Shown here in pieces: positions 35,933-46,008 of a stretch of DNA of 64,000 bases. The stretch covers positions 1 to 64,000 of IMG/VR virus record IMGVR_UViG_3300043775_001834; one strand, given 5' to 3'. The position numbers and the translations under genes are program-made. This stretch comes from a virus. Below the pieces are notes generated by a model. It saw only the letters and a list, made by a program, of their open reading frames with translations. It was not told the origin of the DNA and ran no database searches. Each line of letters starts with the position of its first letter. Position 1 is the first letter of the stretch.

Positions 35933-37546
35933 ATGCCAGGATTTGTAAATAGAGACGAAACCTCAAACGGTAAACCAACACCAGCTTCGAGAAACATCGT
36001 CAGTAAAGCACTTAAATCATTATCTTCCTTCGGGATGATGTATGATGATATGGTGCTGAAGAATTCTAAAGCTATCGGTATCAATGAAGACCAATATGGT
36101 TGGAGACTTGATCCGAGAAATGTTGCTGGAGGTGAATATGATGATTATGCACTTTTTGCTAATTTGTCAATGACCGACATCAATCTTCGTAAATCAATTT
36201 CCATCTTTGATAAATCATACCCTAAGAAAAGAGAAGACCTTAGAAAATTCGCTATCCAAGATGAGATAGAAGATATTCTTGATACTCTTTGTGATGAGTG
36301 TGTAGTTTATGACGACAAAAATTACTTTTGTATGCCATTATCTTTTGATGATGATACATTAGAACCTACAACATTAGAAGCAGTTAAAATCGCTTTAGAT
36401 ACTAATTTTAAAAGAATCTATCAATATTTTGGATTCAATAATGATATTGCCGCTTGGTCTTATTTTAGAAAATGGTTAGTTGATGGTTATCTTGCATTTG
36501 AGATAATCTATGACAAAGAACAATCTCGAATCATCGGATTCAAAGAACTTGATCCGATAAATCTTGAACCTGGAATTGACAAAGAAGGTAAGAAAATTTG
36601 GAAACAATTTAAAGGTATGCCAAATAAAGAGAGAGTTGTTTATGATTCTCAGGTTATTTACATCTCTTATGCTAACGTTAATACCGTAAATCGAGTTTCT
36701 TATGTTGAAAGACTTATTCGTTCTTTTAACTTACTTAGGATTATGGAACACTCAAGAGTTATTTGGGCTACCGTTAATGCTTCGTTTAAAACTAAGTTCG
36801 TAATTCCAGTTGGTGGTAAATCGAAAACTAGAGCAAAACAATCTCTTGGAGTTTTAATGCAAAACTACAGAGAGCAAATAGATTTTGATACTGAATCAGG
36901 CGAATTAAAAGTTAATGGTAAAGCAATGATGCCATTTAACAAAGAATATTGGTTACCATCAGGTGATGCTGGTGAACCTACAATTGAGACTATCGGAAAC
37001 GATGGTCCAGACCTTTCAGATACTGATGCTCTTAAATATTTCAGAGAGAAATTAATTAAAGTATCTAAAATTCCACTTTCTCGTTTTGATATGGAATCCC
37101 CACCTTCATGGGAAATGAATGCTGAGGGTATGACTAGAGATGAGATTAAATTTGGACGTTTTGTTACTCGTTTACGTTCAGTTTTTCAAGAAATACTTAC
37201 AAAACCACTTTGGATTCAAATGTGTTTGGACTTCCCTGAAATAAAGGAAGATGATGCATTTAAAGCCCAAATCGGGGTAAAATACAACACAATGAACATC
37301 TTTGAAGAGATGAAAGAAATCGAAATCTTACAGAAAAGATTAGATTTCGTAACTTCAATGAAAGATGGTCTTGTTGATACAGATGCAAACATGAATGAAA
37401 TAAAATACTTTGCATCGGAATTCTTAATTCAAAGATTCTTAGGTTTATCCAACGACGATTTACGTCTTAATAAGAAACTAAAAGGTATCGAAGATGTAGA
37501 AAGAAGAGAAGCTGCAAAAAAGGATGCCGAAGCAACTGGAATGTAA
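35933..37546 (+). CDS. gp20: Portal vertex protein
   Basis: FRKWLVDG, LDP, NLLRIME, EYWLP, KYFREKL..VSKIPLSR, TRDEIKFGRFVTRLR; AATATATA at 35902. Confidence 0.92.
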   Translation: MPGFVNRDETSNGKPTPASRNIVSKALKSLSSFGMMYDDMVLKNSKAIGINEDQYGWRLDPRNVAGGEYDDYALFANLSMTDINLRKSISIFDKSYPKKREDLRKFAIQDEIEDILDTLCDECVVYDDKNYFCMPLSFDDDTLEPTTLEAVKIALDTNFKRIYQYFGFNNDIAAWSYFRKWLVDGYLAFEIIYDKEQSRIIGFKELDPINLEPGIDKEGKKIWKQFKGMPNKERVVYDSQVIYISYANVNTVNRVSYVERLIRSFNLLRIMEHSRVIWATVNASFKTKFVIPVGGKSKTRAKQSLGVLMQNYREQIDFDTESGELKVNGKAMMPFNKEYWLPSGDAGEPTIETIGNDGPDLSDTDALKYFREKLIKVSKIPLSRFDMESPPSWEMNAEGMTRDEIKFGRFVTRLRSVFQEILTKPLWIQMCLDFPEIKEDDAFKAQIGVKYNTMNIFEEMKEIEILQKRLDFVTSMKDGLVDTDANMNEIKYFASEFLIQRFLGLSNDDLRLNKKLKGIEDVERREAAKKDAEATGM

Positions 37547-37575
37547 TTGAATTTCCATTGTTTCCAAACGTCATT

Positions 37576-37583
37576 GATATATA
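37576..37583 (+). promoter_or_regulatory. Late promoter GATATATA
   Basis: Recurrent intergenic motif. Confidence 0.65.
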
Positions 37584-37602
37584 ACTAAAAATAGAAGCCA
37601 TA

Positions 37603-39516
37603 ATGAGCAATAATAAATATCTACTTGTATTAGAAAGATCGGAAGGAAATCTTACATCTTCTAAGGATGGAGATAAATATGTGTTGGAAGGTGTTTTCAC
37701 CGAAATAGGCATTAGAAACAAGAATAATCGTATTTACGATGAAGCTGAGTTAATGCCACACATACAAGACTTACAAGAAAAACTTAAAGGTAATAAATTA
37801 CTTGGAGAACTTGACCACCCTAAATCTTTTGATATATCGTTAAAGAATGCTTCGCATATTATTGAAGACATTCAATACGATAAAGCTAGCAAAAAAGTTA
37901 CTGGTAGAATCAGATTACTTAATACTGATGCTGGAAAACAAGCAATGGCATTAGTAGATGCTGGTGTACCTCTTCATATTTCATCTAGAGCTGCCGGTGT
38001 TGTTGAATCTAATGGCCATGTTAAAATTAAAAAAATGTTTACTTATGATTTAGTTGCAGATCCTGGATTTGCTAATGCCGAATTAAAAAGAGTAAACGAA
38101 TCTTTTGGATTAGACAATGATTCATTGACTCAGATCTACGAAATAGAATCTGATTTGAGTGAATCTGATATGCCAGTTTTAATCTATCAACAAGAAGAAA
38201 CACCCCAAACCACAATAAACGAAACAAAAAACGACAAAATGGATCCTAAAAAATACATTACCGTTGAAGATTTTAACGAATATACTAAACATGTTAAAAA
38301 CGAAGTAGAAAATCTTAAAAAGTCTTTAACCGAATCATCAGCTAAAGATTCTTCATCTGTTAATGAAGGATTGATACGTTACACCGAAGAAACTGCAAAA
38401 AGAGTTAATCAAATTAATTCTTATGTTGAAAAACTAGCAGAATCAGTTGATGGTTTAATTTCTCATAATGATTATATCATTGAAAACCTTGAAAGAGTTA
38501 AAAACTATGCTGAATTAGTTGGTGAAAAATCTAATCAAGGAATTAACTACTCAGAAAAACTTTCTGAATCAGTTGACCACTTAATTGAGTATACTAAATT
38601 AGTTGCTGAAATGAGCGATAGAGGTATTGAATATACTAAAGTAGTTGCAGAAAAAGCAGATCAAGGAATTGAATTTAGTAAATATCTTGCTAACGAATCT
38701 AATTCACGTTGGACTTATCAACAACATATGAATGAACAATTAGATAATGTAATTTCTCATAATGATTATATTGTTGAAGGTACATCATCAATCATTGAAT
38801 ATACTGAATACTTAAAAGAAAATACTCAAAATCTTGCAGGTTACCTTAATCATATCGTTAAAGAAATTAATGAAGGTAAAGTTACTGGTTTAGAAAATGC
38901 TGAATCGATTGATGAAAACGCTATCGTATATTCCACTCCAAATAGGTCAATCTTAGCTAAGGTTGAAGGTAACGAAGAAGATGCATTCGAAAAATCTTTA
39001 ACTGACAAATTGAATACTATTTTAGAAAGCGCTAAATCAGTTAACGAATCAGTAGATGCTAACAAATTACACTTCTTAAATTTCCTATCAGAAAATAAAA
39101 GAAATCAATTTGAGTCATTAACTCCTGAGAAAAAAGACGAAGTTATTGCAGCTTTTGAAGGTAATAAATTTTATGGATCAGTTGATGCTGAAAGATTATA
39201 CGAATCAGTATTTATTGGATTTAAACCGGTTACAAATTGGTTAACTAATATTCCTGCTAAATATAAAGATTCTTGGAATGGTTTAAATGAATCACAAAAG
39301 AATGCTATTAAGGCTCAAGCTTCAGTAAAAGTTTTAGATAACCAATATAAAATCGATGATTTCTGGGCTACCAGAGATTTAAGATCTGTAAAAGTTGATG
39401 CTCCATTAAATGAAGGTGCTGCACCGGCAATTGTTAATGAGTCTGCAGAATATAAAACTCCAGCTAATTATATGGACACTGTACAGGCTGAATTAAGAAG
39501 AAGATTTAACAGATAA
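37603..39516 (+). CDS. gp21: Prohead protease (gp21) fused to coiled-coil scaffold (gp22-like)
   Basis: LEGVF, NKNNRIY, LGELDHP, ISSRAAG, YDLVADPG; then 14-aa periodic helical repeats. Confidence 0.85.
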   Translation: MSNNKYLLVLERSEGNLTSSKDGDKYVLEGVFTEIGIRNKNNRIYDEAELMPHIQDLQEKLKGNKLLGELDHPKSFDISLKNASHIIEDIQYDKASKKVTGRIRLLNTDAGKQAMALVDAGVPLHISSRAAGVVESNGHVKIKKMFTYDLVADPGFANAELKRVNESFGLDNDSLTQIYEIESDLSESDMPVLIYQQEETPQTTINETKNDKMDPKKYITVEDFNEYTKHVKNEVENLKKSLTESSAKDSSSVNEGLIRYTEETAKRVNQINSYVEKLAESVDGLISHNDYIIENLERVKNYAELVGEKSNQGINYSEKLSESVDHLIEYTKLVAEMSDRGIEYTKVVAEKADQGIEFSKYLANESNSRWTYQQHMNEQLDNVISHNDYIVEGTSSIIEYTEYLKENTQNLAGYLNHIVKEINEGKVTGLENAESIDENAIVYSTPNRSILAKVEGNEEDAFEKSLTDKLNTILESAKSVNESVDANKLHFLNFLSENKRNQFESLTPEKKDEVIAAFEGNKFYGSVDAERLYESVFIGFKPVTNWLTNIPAKYKDSWNGLNESQKNAIKAQASVKVLDNQYKIDDFWATRDLRSVKVDAPLNEGAAPAIVNESAEYKTPANYMDTVQAELRRRFNR

Positions 39517-39539
39517 TAAATTATATTTTTAAATTATTT

Positions 39540-39569
39540 CAAAAACTCATCAGAAATGGTGAGTTTTTG
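39540..39569 (+). terminator. Terminator hairpin
   Basis: CAAAAACTCATCA-GAAA-TGGTGAGTTTTTG. Confidence 0.7.
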
Positions 39570-39599
39570 TGCTAGAAATAAAAAATCTAAGGCGACTTA

Positions 39600-39607
39600 G
39601 ATATATA
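39600..39607 (+). promoter_or_regulatory. Late promoter GATATATA of major capsid gene
   Basis: Recurrent intergenic motif. Confidence 0.7.
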
Positions 39608-39685
39608 CTTAAACGCTAAATACTGCTAAAACACAAAAAGCATCAGCGTAAAAATCAAAACACAAAACAAAATAAAACATTTTAA

Positions 39686-41308
39686 ATGTATTTAATTAAC
39701 GAACAAGAAATATTCGGTAAATGGGCTCCAATCATTGAGTCTACTACAGGAATTCAAGAGCGTTCTAGAGTAGAGTGGATGTCTAAATACTGTCATTACC
39801 ATGAATTGTATGAAAACAATAACTTAGCTCAATTAGGCGCAGTAAACGGTATGGGAGCTACAAGATTCCCTGACAGTCCTGGAAGTCAATCTGCTTTCGC
39901 AGACCAAACTACAGGTTCAGGTGATAAAGCTCACACACTTCTTCCATTAGCAATGCAAGTTGCTGCTCAAACTATCGGTCTTGACTTGGTACCAGTTGTA
40001 CCAATGCCTGGTCCAATGGGTGTATTAACATATTTAGACTTCGTATATGCTGGTGGTCAAACATCTTCTACTACAAATGCTCCATTGTTAATCAAAATAA
40101 ACTACGGTTCTACTGCAGTTCCTGCATTCGTAGTTGGTGGAACTTCTGCTGCTACTAATGGTGTTACTCTTGCTTATGTTGGAGCTTCACGTTTAGATGG
40201 TTATCCAATCTTCCACGTTAGAGGTACTCTTTCTGGTGCTACAATCCTTGCAACTTATGCTACTATCTTAGGTGCTTCTGGTATCTCTGGTGTAACTGGT
40301 GCTTCTACTGGATTAAACGTAGAATTAGTAAAAGCTTTAGAAGACCACATTACCGGTTTCTCAGGTACTGCTTTAACAAGCAATGATTATACAGGTTCTG
40401 ATATTAACGATCCTTACTCTAGAAGTTTAGGTGAGTCTACTATGGACAATGTAATGAACTTAAGTCTTTTCAACAAATCAGTTGAAGCTAAAACTTTCCA
40501 AGTTGCAGCTGCTGTTACTAGAGAGCAAGTTCAAGATTTGAAACAATTCGGAGTAGATGCTGTATCTCAAGTAGAATCAGTACTTATCAATGAATTGACT
40601 CAATCAATCAACAAAAACATCCTTTCTAGATTATTTGCTCTTGGAGAAACTAACCACAAAAATGTTGTTAATTCTCAAGGAATCAACTTCTTCTTGAACA
40701 TTGGTGCTACTTCAGTTGTTGTATCAGGTACATCTGCTAACACTCAAACTAACTTTGGTGCTTACATCCAAGATACTACTCTTAGAGCTGCAACTATTCT
40801 TGCTTCTGAGGTTACAAACTCAGCTTCTGAGAATCTTTCAACTCGTCAGAGAAAAATTATGTCTAAGATCCTTGCAATCGCTAACCTTATTGCAATTAGA
40901 GGTCGTAGAGGACCAGCTACTTTCATCGTTACAAACGGTCAAGTATGTTCTGCTCTTCAAGATATAGCTGGTTTCGTTCCTGCTCCTATGGCTAATACTA
41001 TTAACCAAATGAGTGGTTCACTTTACCCAATTGGAACTGTTGCAGGTCTTGCTATCTACAACGATCCTAACATGGCTTGGAACGATACTCGTTTCTTAGT
41101 TGGACGTAAAGGTGATGGTAACTCTCCAGGTTTAGTATTCATGCCTTACTTAATGGCTGAATCAGTACAAACAATTGCTGAAGGAACTATGGCTCCTAAA
41201 GTTGCTGTTAAATCAAGATACGCTTTAGTTGAAGCTGGTTTCCACCCAGAAACTATGTATATCACTTCAGGTGTATTTATGTCTAGCCTTCTTGGTTCTT
41301 TAGTATAA
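39686..41308 (+). CDS. gp23: Major capsid protein (T4 gp23-like)
   Basis: KWAPIIE, DLVPVVPMPGPMG, KSVEAKT, EQVQDLK, RGPATFIV, VFMPY, PKVAVKSRYAL. Confidence 0.93.
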   Translation: MYLINEQEIFGKWAPIIESTTGIQERSRVEWMSKYCHYHELYENNNLAQLGAVNGMGATRFPDSPGSQSAFADQTTGSGDKAHTLLPLAMQVAAQTIGLDLVPVVPMPGPMGVLTYLDFVYAGGQTSSTTNAPLLIKINYGSTAVPAFVVGGTSAATNGVTLAYVGASRLDGYPIFHVRGTLSGATILATYATILGASGISGVTGASTGLNVELVKALEDHITGFSGTALTSNDYTGSDINDPYSRSLGESTMDNVMNLSLFNKSVEAKTFQVAAAVTREQVQDLKQFGVDAVSQVESVLINELTQSINKNILSRLFALGETNHKNVVNSQGINFFLNIGATSVVVSGTSANTQTNFGAYIQDTTLRAATILASEVTNSASENLSTRQRKIMSKILAIANLIAIRGRRGPATFIVTNGQVCSALQDIAGFVPAPMANTINQMSGSLYPIGTVAGLAIYNDPNMAWNDTRFLVGRKGDGNSPGLVFMPYLMAESVQTIAEGTMAPKVAVKSRYALVEAGFHPETMYITSGVFMSSLLGSLV

Positions 41309-41329
41309 TCTTTATGCTTCATATATTTC

Positions 41330-41361
41330 AAAGAGCTCTTCTCACGAAGAGCTCTTTTTTT
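41330..41361 (+). terminator. Rho-independent terminator after capsid gene
   Basis: AAAGAGCTCTTC-TCAC-GAAGAGCTCTTT followed by T-run. Confidence 0.9.
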
Positions 41362-41376
41362 GTCACAAATTCTAGA

Positions 41377-41384
41377 GATATATA
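41377..41384 (+). promoter_or_regulatory. Late promoter GATATATA
   Basis: Recurrent intergenic motif. Confidence 0.65.
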
Positions 41385-41410
41385 ATTAAATTGAATAGTA
41401 ACCCTATATT

Positions 41411-41956
41411 ATGACCTTTATTCTACCTACAAATGTTCTCGGTATACAAAACGAGATGAAAAACTATAAACAATTATGTTTACAGTATGATTATACTCCA
41501 GCACAAAAAGAATATGAAGATATTGTTAGATTCATATTGTTATTTTCTGGAGACGGAATCAGCGAATCTATAATAAATGAAAATTCATCAACACTAGATT
41601 ATCTTTATGAGTCTTTTATAGAGGACCTAAACGAAGCTCATTCATCAACCGATGGAGAAGCTGAATGGGACACCGCAGCTGGAGCAGCAATTGGTACAGT
41701 TAAAAAGGCTGGTGCAATAGCAACTGCTGGTGCAGTAGCAGTAGGAGCTGGAGCAGTTTTAGCAGCTGCGAGTATTGGTTCTTGGATTTCTTATATGTTT
41801 AAGAAGGGTAAAGTTAAAAAGGCAGTAAATAAAGAATATGATGCCGCAGACACACAACTTAATGATTATGCAAAAATATATCAACTCAAATCAAAAAAAG
41901 CAGAGTTAGAAGGAAGAGAAGCTCCTAAAGGTGATTTTCCGGGATATCCAGGCTAA
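41411..41956 (+). CDS. Late protein with long Ala/Gly-rich hydrophobic segment
   Basis: IINE/DLNE sites then AAGAAIG...AGAVAVGAGAVLAAASIG. Confidence 0.6.
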   Translation: MTFILPTNVLGIQNEMKNYKQLCLQYDYTPAQKEYEDIVRFILLFSGDGISESIINENSSTLDYLYESFIEDLNEAHSSTDGEAEWDTAAGAAIGTVKKAGAIATAGAVAVGAGAVLAAASIGSWISYMFKKGKVKKAVNKEYDAADTQLNDYAKIYQLKSKKAELEGREAPKGDFPGYPG

Positions 41957-41966
41957 TATTATAAAT

Positions 41967-43304
41967 ATGAAAACTAATACTATATTTGAAAATCTTCTAC
42001 TTTCCATGTATGAGAAGGCTATTAACGAAAATGAAGAGGTAGATGCCATTACAAAAAAGATTACCGATCTTCGAGCTGAACTTGAAAAAATGAAAGGAGA
42101 TACCGGAGATTCTGCTACATCTAAAAGAGTAAATATCAATAGCGAAATAGATAAACTCGGTAAGGAAAAAGAAGAAGCAAAGAAAAATTCTGAAGATACA
42201 CCTGATGAGGAACCTGAAGAAGATAATAGCAAAGAAATAGAAGCTCAAAAGAAACATATTTCTGATTTAGAAGATAAAATCGAAACTACTAAAGAAAAGG
42301 CAAAAGATCCTAAAAGTCCTCTAAATAATCCTAAAGTTTTACAAAAAGCATTAGAACCCGAAGAAGCTAAATTAAGTGAACTTAAAAATAAATTAGCAGA
42401 TTTAGAAAAAACTACAAAGAAGCCCGAAACTAAAACCGGAACTGAAGTTGAACCGGAAAAGAAAGTTGAACCTGAAAAGAAACTTGAACCTGAAACTGAA
42501 GGTGAACCTGGAGAGAAAGAAGATGAAGGTGATGCAGAAATGAAAGCAAAAAATAAAGAGGCAATTGAGAAGTTAGATGCTCAAATTAAATCTTTAGAAA
42601 AGACTTATGATGATAAAAAGGAATCTACTACCGAGCTTATCAATGCAGCAAAAGAAACTACTGATAAATTAGCTTCTAGCGATATGTTAAAAACTCTAGT
42701 GTCTAAAACTCGTTTAGAAAATAAACTAAAATATCAGAAAAAGATTTTATCAATCGTTGAAGACGATAAAGCTAGAAAAGAATTGTCAGAAATTGTTAAA
42801 AAAGAAGAAGCTGCTTTATCAAAATTGAATACTGAAATCGAAGATGCTCAAAAGAAAGCCGACGAAAAAGGTAAAGACAATCCTGAATATCAAGAGGCAA
42901 AAGAAGCTGCTAAGAAAGCTGATCTTCCTGATTCAACTAAAGATACTGAAAAACGAGGTAATAAAGATATCGATTCTTCGGAAATTGAAGATAGAGACAA
43001 AGATGCAATGATACAATATAAGCTTAAAATTGCATTAGAAAAACAAAAGGGAATATCTACCGCTTGGCAGAAGAAGCAAGATGAAGTAGCAGAAACAGAA
43101 GACGAAGATAAAAAAGCTTCTCTTCAAAAAGCCGCTGACGCTATTGAAAAGAATTTAGATGCTATTAAAACTAGAATAGAAAATCTTGAAAACGGTATTG
43201 ATGAGGCGTCAGATACAGAAATTTGGACTATCATGGCAATGATAAATTTAGTTGAGCAACAAATTGAAAATTTCAGTAACGAATTCATTCCTTTGAATGG
43301 CTAA
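41967..43304 (+). CDS. Highly charged K/E-rich coiled-coil protein (start revised to ATG 41967)
   Basis: Composition; AINE site near N-terminus. Confidence 0.6.
   Translation: MKTNTIFENLLLSMYEKAINENEEVDAITKKITDLRAELEKMKGDTGDSATSKRVNINSEIDKLGKEKEEAKKNSEDTPDEEPEEDNSKEIEAQKKHISDLEDKIETTKEKAKDPKSPLNNPKVLQKALEPEEAKLSELKNKLADLEKTTKKPETKTGTEVEPEKKVEPEKKLEPETEGEPGEKEDEGDAEMKAKNKEAIEKLDAQIKSLEKTYDDKKESTTELINAAKETTDKLASSDMLKTLVSKTRLENKLKYQKKILSIVEDDKARKELSEIVKKEEAALSKLNTEIEDAQKKADEKGKDNPEYQEAKEAAKKADLPDSTKDTEKRGNKDIDSSEIEDRDKDAMIQYKLKIALEKQKGISTAWQKKQDEVAETEDEDKKASLQKAADAIEKNLDAIKTRIENLENGIDEASDTEIWTIMAMINLVEQQIENFSNEFIPLNG
42447..42494 (+). repeat. 18-bp coding tandem repeat (VEPEKK, about 2.7 copies)
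   Basis: GTTGAACCGGAAAAGAAA GTTGAACCTGAAAAGAAA CTTGAACCTGAA. Confidence 0.8.
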
Positions 43305-43806
43305 TTATCATATAAAAAGACAGAACTTAGGTAAAACTCCTACTAAATATGGAATCGTACTTAAAGGACTTCCACCTAGGCATCAACGAATATTAAAGGA
43401 AAATCCAGTAATTAAGAAATATGCTGATGATGACCTTTTCATTAATGCCATATTTAGGATCGAAGATGGGAGAATAAGAGTATCTCATTTGAATCGGCCA
43501 TTTGTTCAACCAGGGTCAAAAGACATATCATCTTATTCATCCGTTAAAGACTCATATAAAGTATTTGATTGGAACTGTGCTTATTGCAATAAAGAAATTC
43601 AATCTCGAATAGACACATATGTTCCGAGTAATTTTACTTGTGAAAAATGTTTCAAATACTACCTTAAGGGTAATGAAAAAATTGACCAACGAGTTATTGA
43701 ATCTTCATTAGCTTTTACCGAAAAATGTAAGAGAATGATGATAGATAATCAGAAATCATTCATAAAATATATACGAAAAAATGAAAAACCGTCTCGCATA
43801 CTTTAA
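43297..43806 (+). CDS. Hypothetical Zn-finger protein
   Basis: CAYC...CEKC. Confidence 0.6.
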   Translation: MANYHIKRQNLGKTPTKYGIVLKGLPPRHQRILKENPVIKKYADDDLFINAIFRIEDGRIRVSHLNRPFVQPGSKDISSYSSVKDSYKVFDWNCAYCNKEIQSRIDTYVPSNFTCEKCFKYYLKGNEKIDQRVIESSLAFTEKCKRMMIDNQKSFIKYIRKNEKPSRIL

Positions 43807-45277
43807 CGAATTTGTAATTAATGAGGCTGTAAAACCGGCACCAAAAAATCCTGTTAAAATTGTACTTCTTTCCAATATTAGTGAGGAATCATACACTGTT
43901 CCTGCAGTTGATAAAGAATGTAAAAAACGTGGAATCGAATTCCGCATCATTGATGTTAATACATGTTCATTGACTAAAAGCTCAGATGGAGATTATTTTA
44001 CTATCGTTGATAAAACCAAGAAACCTTTTAAAATAGATTCAGAAGATACTGCAATTTTAACTCGTAGAGGAATCGTTAGAAATACTTATACTCGAGATAT
44101 TGTATCTCAATTAGAAGATAATAATTTCTTTGTAGTAAACACTTTAAGTTCAGTTTTAGCTTGTGAAAACAAATACGTTACTTCAAAAATACTTATGGAT
44201 GCCGGTCTTCCGGTTCCTAAAATGGCAATGGTCGATGGAGAAGATTCCATTGAACCGGCAGTCGAACAAGTTGGTGGCAATTTTCCGGTAATCCTTAAAA
44301 TGCTTTCCGGTTCACAAGGAATTGGAGTTTCTATTATAGATTCATTAGCATCTCTTAAATCAGTATTACAAACTTTATGGAAAGTCGATCCAACCGTAGA
44401 AACTCTTATACAAGAAAAGATCGAATCAGAATATGATTTACGTATTCACGTTTTAACTAAGCGTTTCAATTCACCTAGACCGGAAGATACTGATTCGGTA
44501 CTTTTAGGTTATATGAGAAGAAACAAAGTTGATAAAGACTTTAGAACTAACTACTCATTAGGCGGTTCAGTTGAAAAAACCAAATTAACACCAGAACAAG
44601 AAAGAATTGCGATCGAATCGGCTAAGGCAGTAGGTTGTAATTGGTGTGGAGTTGATATTATTGTTGATGAGAAAACTGGTAAAAACTATGTACTAGAAGT
44701 TAATTCATCTCCAGGTACACAAGGATTAAAAAAGGCTACTGGTGTAGATGTTATTAAAGACATCATCGATTTTCTATCAGATAGACAAAATTGGATTCGT
44801 TCACGTAGAATTATTGGATTTAGAGAAGTAATTACAATTCCTGGAATTGGTGATATTGTTTCTAAGTTCGATACTGGTAATGGTTCACTTTCATGTTCAT
44901 TAACTTATGATAAAATGAAAATTAGTGAAGATGGCAAACAATGTAATTGGGAATTGAACGGTAAAAAATATGTGCATCAGATAATTGGAATTTCTAATGC
45001 AGAAGTTGGTAATGATATTGATGAAAGACCTATTATAGAAATGGATATCGCATTTGCTGGTAAAACTTACAAAGAAGTTCAAGTTTCATTAGTTAATAGA
45101 ATCGACAAATCTACTAAATTTTTAGTAAATAGGAAATTCATGGAAAGAATTGGTTGTTCAGTATCGCCATATAAAACTTTCGTAGTAACTTCATTTGATG
45201 GTGAATATCATCCAGGTGAAGCTAAAGGAAGTGCACATGCTGGAATAACATTTGAAAATAAAAAAACAAAGAAATAA
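43781..45277 (+). CDS. rimK: RimK-family ATP-grasp ligase fused to C-terminal retropepsin-like (RimB-type) protease, with capsid-targeting-like leader
   Basis: NKY, GLPVPK, FPVILK..GSQGIGV, IQE, DLR, FRTNYSLGG, GVDII, LEVNSSPG; C-terminal KFDTGNG (44870), ERPII, SLVNR...FLVNRKF. Confidence 0.85.
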   Translation: MKNRLAYFNEFVINEAVKPAPKNPVKIVLLSNISEESYTVPAVDKECKKRGIEFRIIDVNTCSLTKSSDGDYFTIVDKTKKPFKIDSEDTAILTRRGIVRNTYTRDIVSQLEDNNFFVVNTLSSVLACENKYVTSKILMDAGLPVPKMAMVDGEDSIEPAVEQVGGNFPVILKMLSGSQGIGVSIIDSLASLKSVLQTLWKVDPTVETLIQEKIESEYDLRIHVLTKRFNSPRPEDTDSVLLGYMRRNKVDKDFRTNYSLGGSVEKTKLTPEQERIAIESAKAVGCNWCGVDIIVDEKTGKNYVLEVNSSPGTQGLKKATGVDVIKDIIDFLSDRQNWIRSRRIIGFREVITIPGIGDIVSKFDTGNGSLSCSLTYDKMKISEDGKQCNWELNGKKYVHQIIGISNAEVGNDIDERPIIEMDIAFAGKTYKEVQVSLVNRIDKSTKFLVNRKFMERIGCSVSPYKTFVVTSFDGEYHPGEAKGSAHAGITFENKKTKK

Positions 45278-45684
45278 TGAGTAAACTACCTACATATGAA
45301 GAATTCTTAAACGAATCTACATCATTAGCGGTTGGCGGAGAACATTGGAATGTGTATATTGCTAACAAAGACACAGAAGTTAAAAATATCAAAGGAACTA
45401 GAAAGGTAAAAGTATCAGTTGGAACTGTAATAAGTGCTGCTGGAGGTGGATATTGGGTAAACATCGATCGTAGTGTTGAAACTGGAATCGAGTCTCTTGA
45501 AGGCAACCCAGATTTTGATGTCCTTAACGATTCAACTTGGCCTAAAACTGTTGAACTAACTAAGGAAATAGAAAAATGGGCAAGAGATACTGATCGTCTT
45601 ATGCAAAGAGACCCTAAAAAGGCACAATCGGTTATCAATAATCGAAACCGAGTTATAGAAGACATTAAAAAATTATTAAAGTAA
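45277..45684 (+). CDS. Putative internal head protein
   Basis: MSKLPTYEEFLNES leader. Confidence 0.65.
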   Translation: MSKLPTYEEFLNESTSLAVGGEHWNVYIANKDTEVKNIKGTRKVKVSVGTVISAAGGGYWVNIDRSVETGIESLEGNPDFDVLNDSTWPKTVELTKEIEKWARDTDRLMQRDPKKAQSVINNRNRVIEDIKKLLK

Positions 45685-45685
45685 T

Positions 45686-45913
45686 ATGGAACACTTACCT
45701 ACATTCAATGAATTCGTAAACGAAAAAGCTGAGAACTATATGACGATAGAAAATCTTAAAACTATCAAAAGAAATGTAGAAATTCTTTTAGCTATGGATC
45801 CCATTAAAATAGACGAAATCTTAAAGAATGGGCATGATTGGGCAGAAGACCACATTTCAGTAGCAAACGAAAACTTAGACCAAGTAACAAAATTCTTTAC
45901 TAACGAACAATAA
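45686..45913 (+). CDS. Putative internal head protein
   Basis: MEHLPTFNEFVNE leader. Confidence 0.65.
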   Translation: MEHLPTFNEFVNEKAENYMTIENLKTIKRNVEILLAMDPIKIDEILKNGHDWAEDHISVANENLDQVTKFFTNEQ

Positions 45914-45940
45914 ATTGTTAATAACTTTTTGAAAATAATT

Positions 45941-45970
45941 AATCCGACATTTCCTAGTGTCGGATTTTTT
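45941..45970 (+). terminator. Terminator hairpin
   Basis: AATCCGACA...TGTCGGATT followed by T-run. Confidence 0.75.
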
Positions 45971-45972
45971 GC

Positions 45973-46008
45973 TTATATTTACATATCTAATTAAAACTAC
46001 ACATTATG
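45973..46008 (+). promoter_or_regulatory. Early promoter/leader cassette, copy 1
   Basis: TTATATTTACATATCTAATTAAAACTACACATTATG; resembles Bacteroidota -7 TAnnTTTG. Confidence 0.7.
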
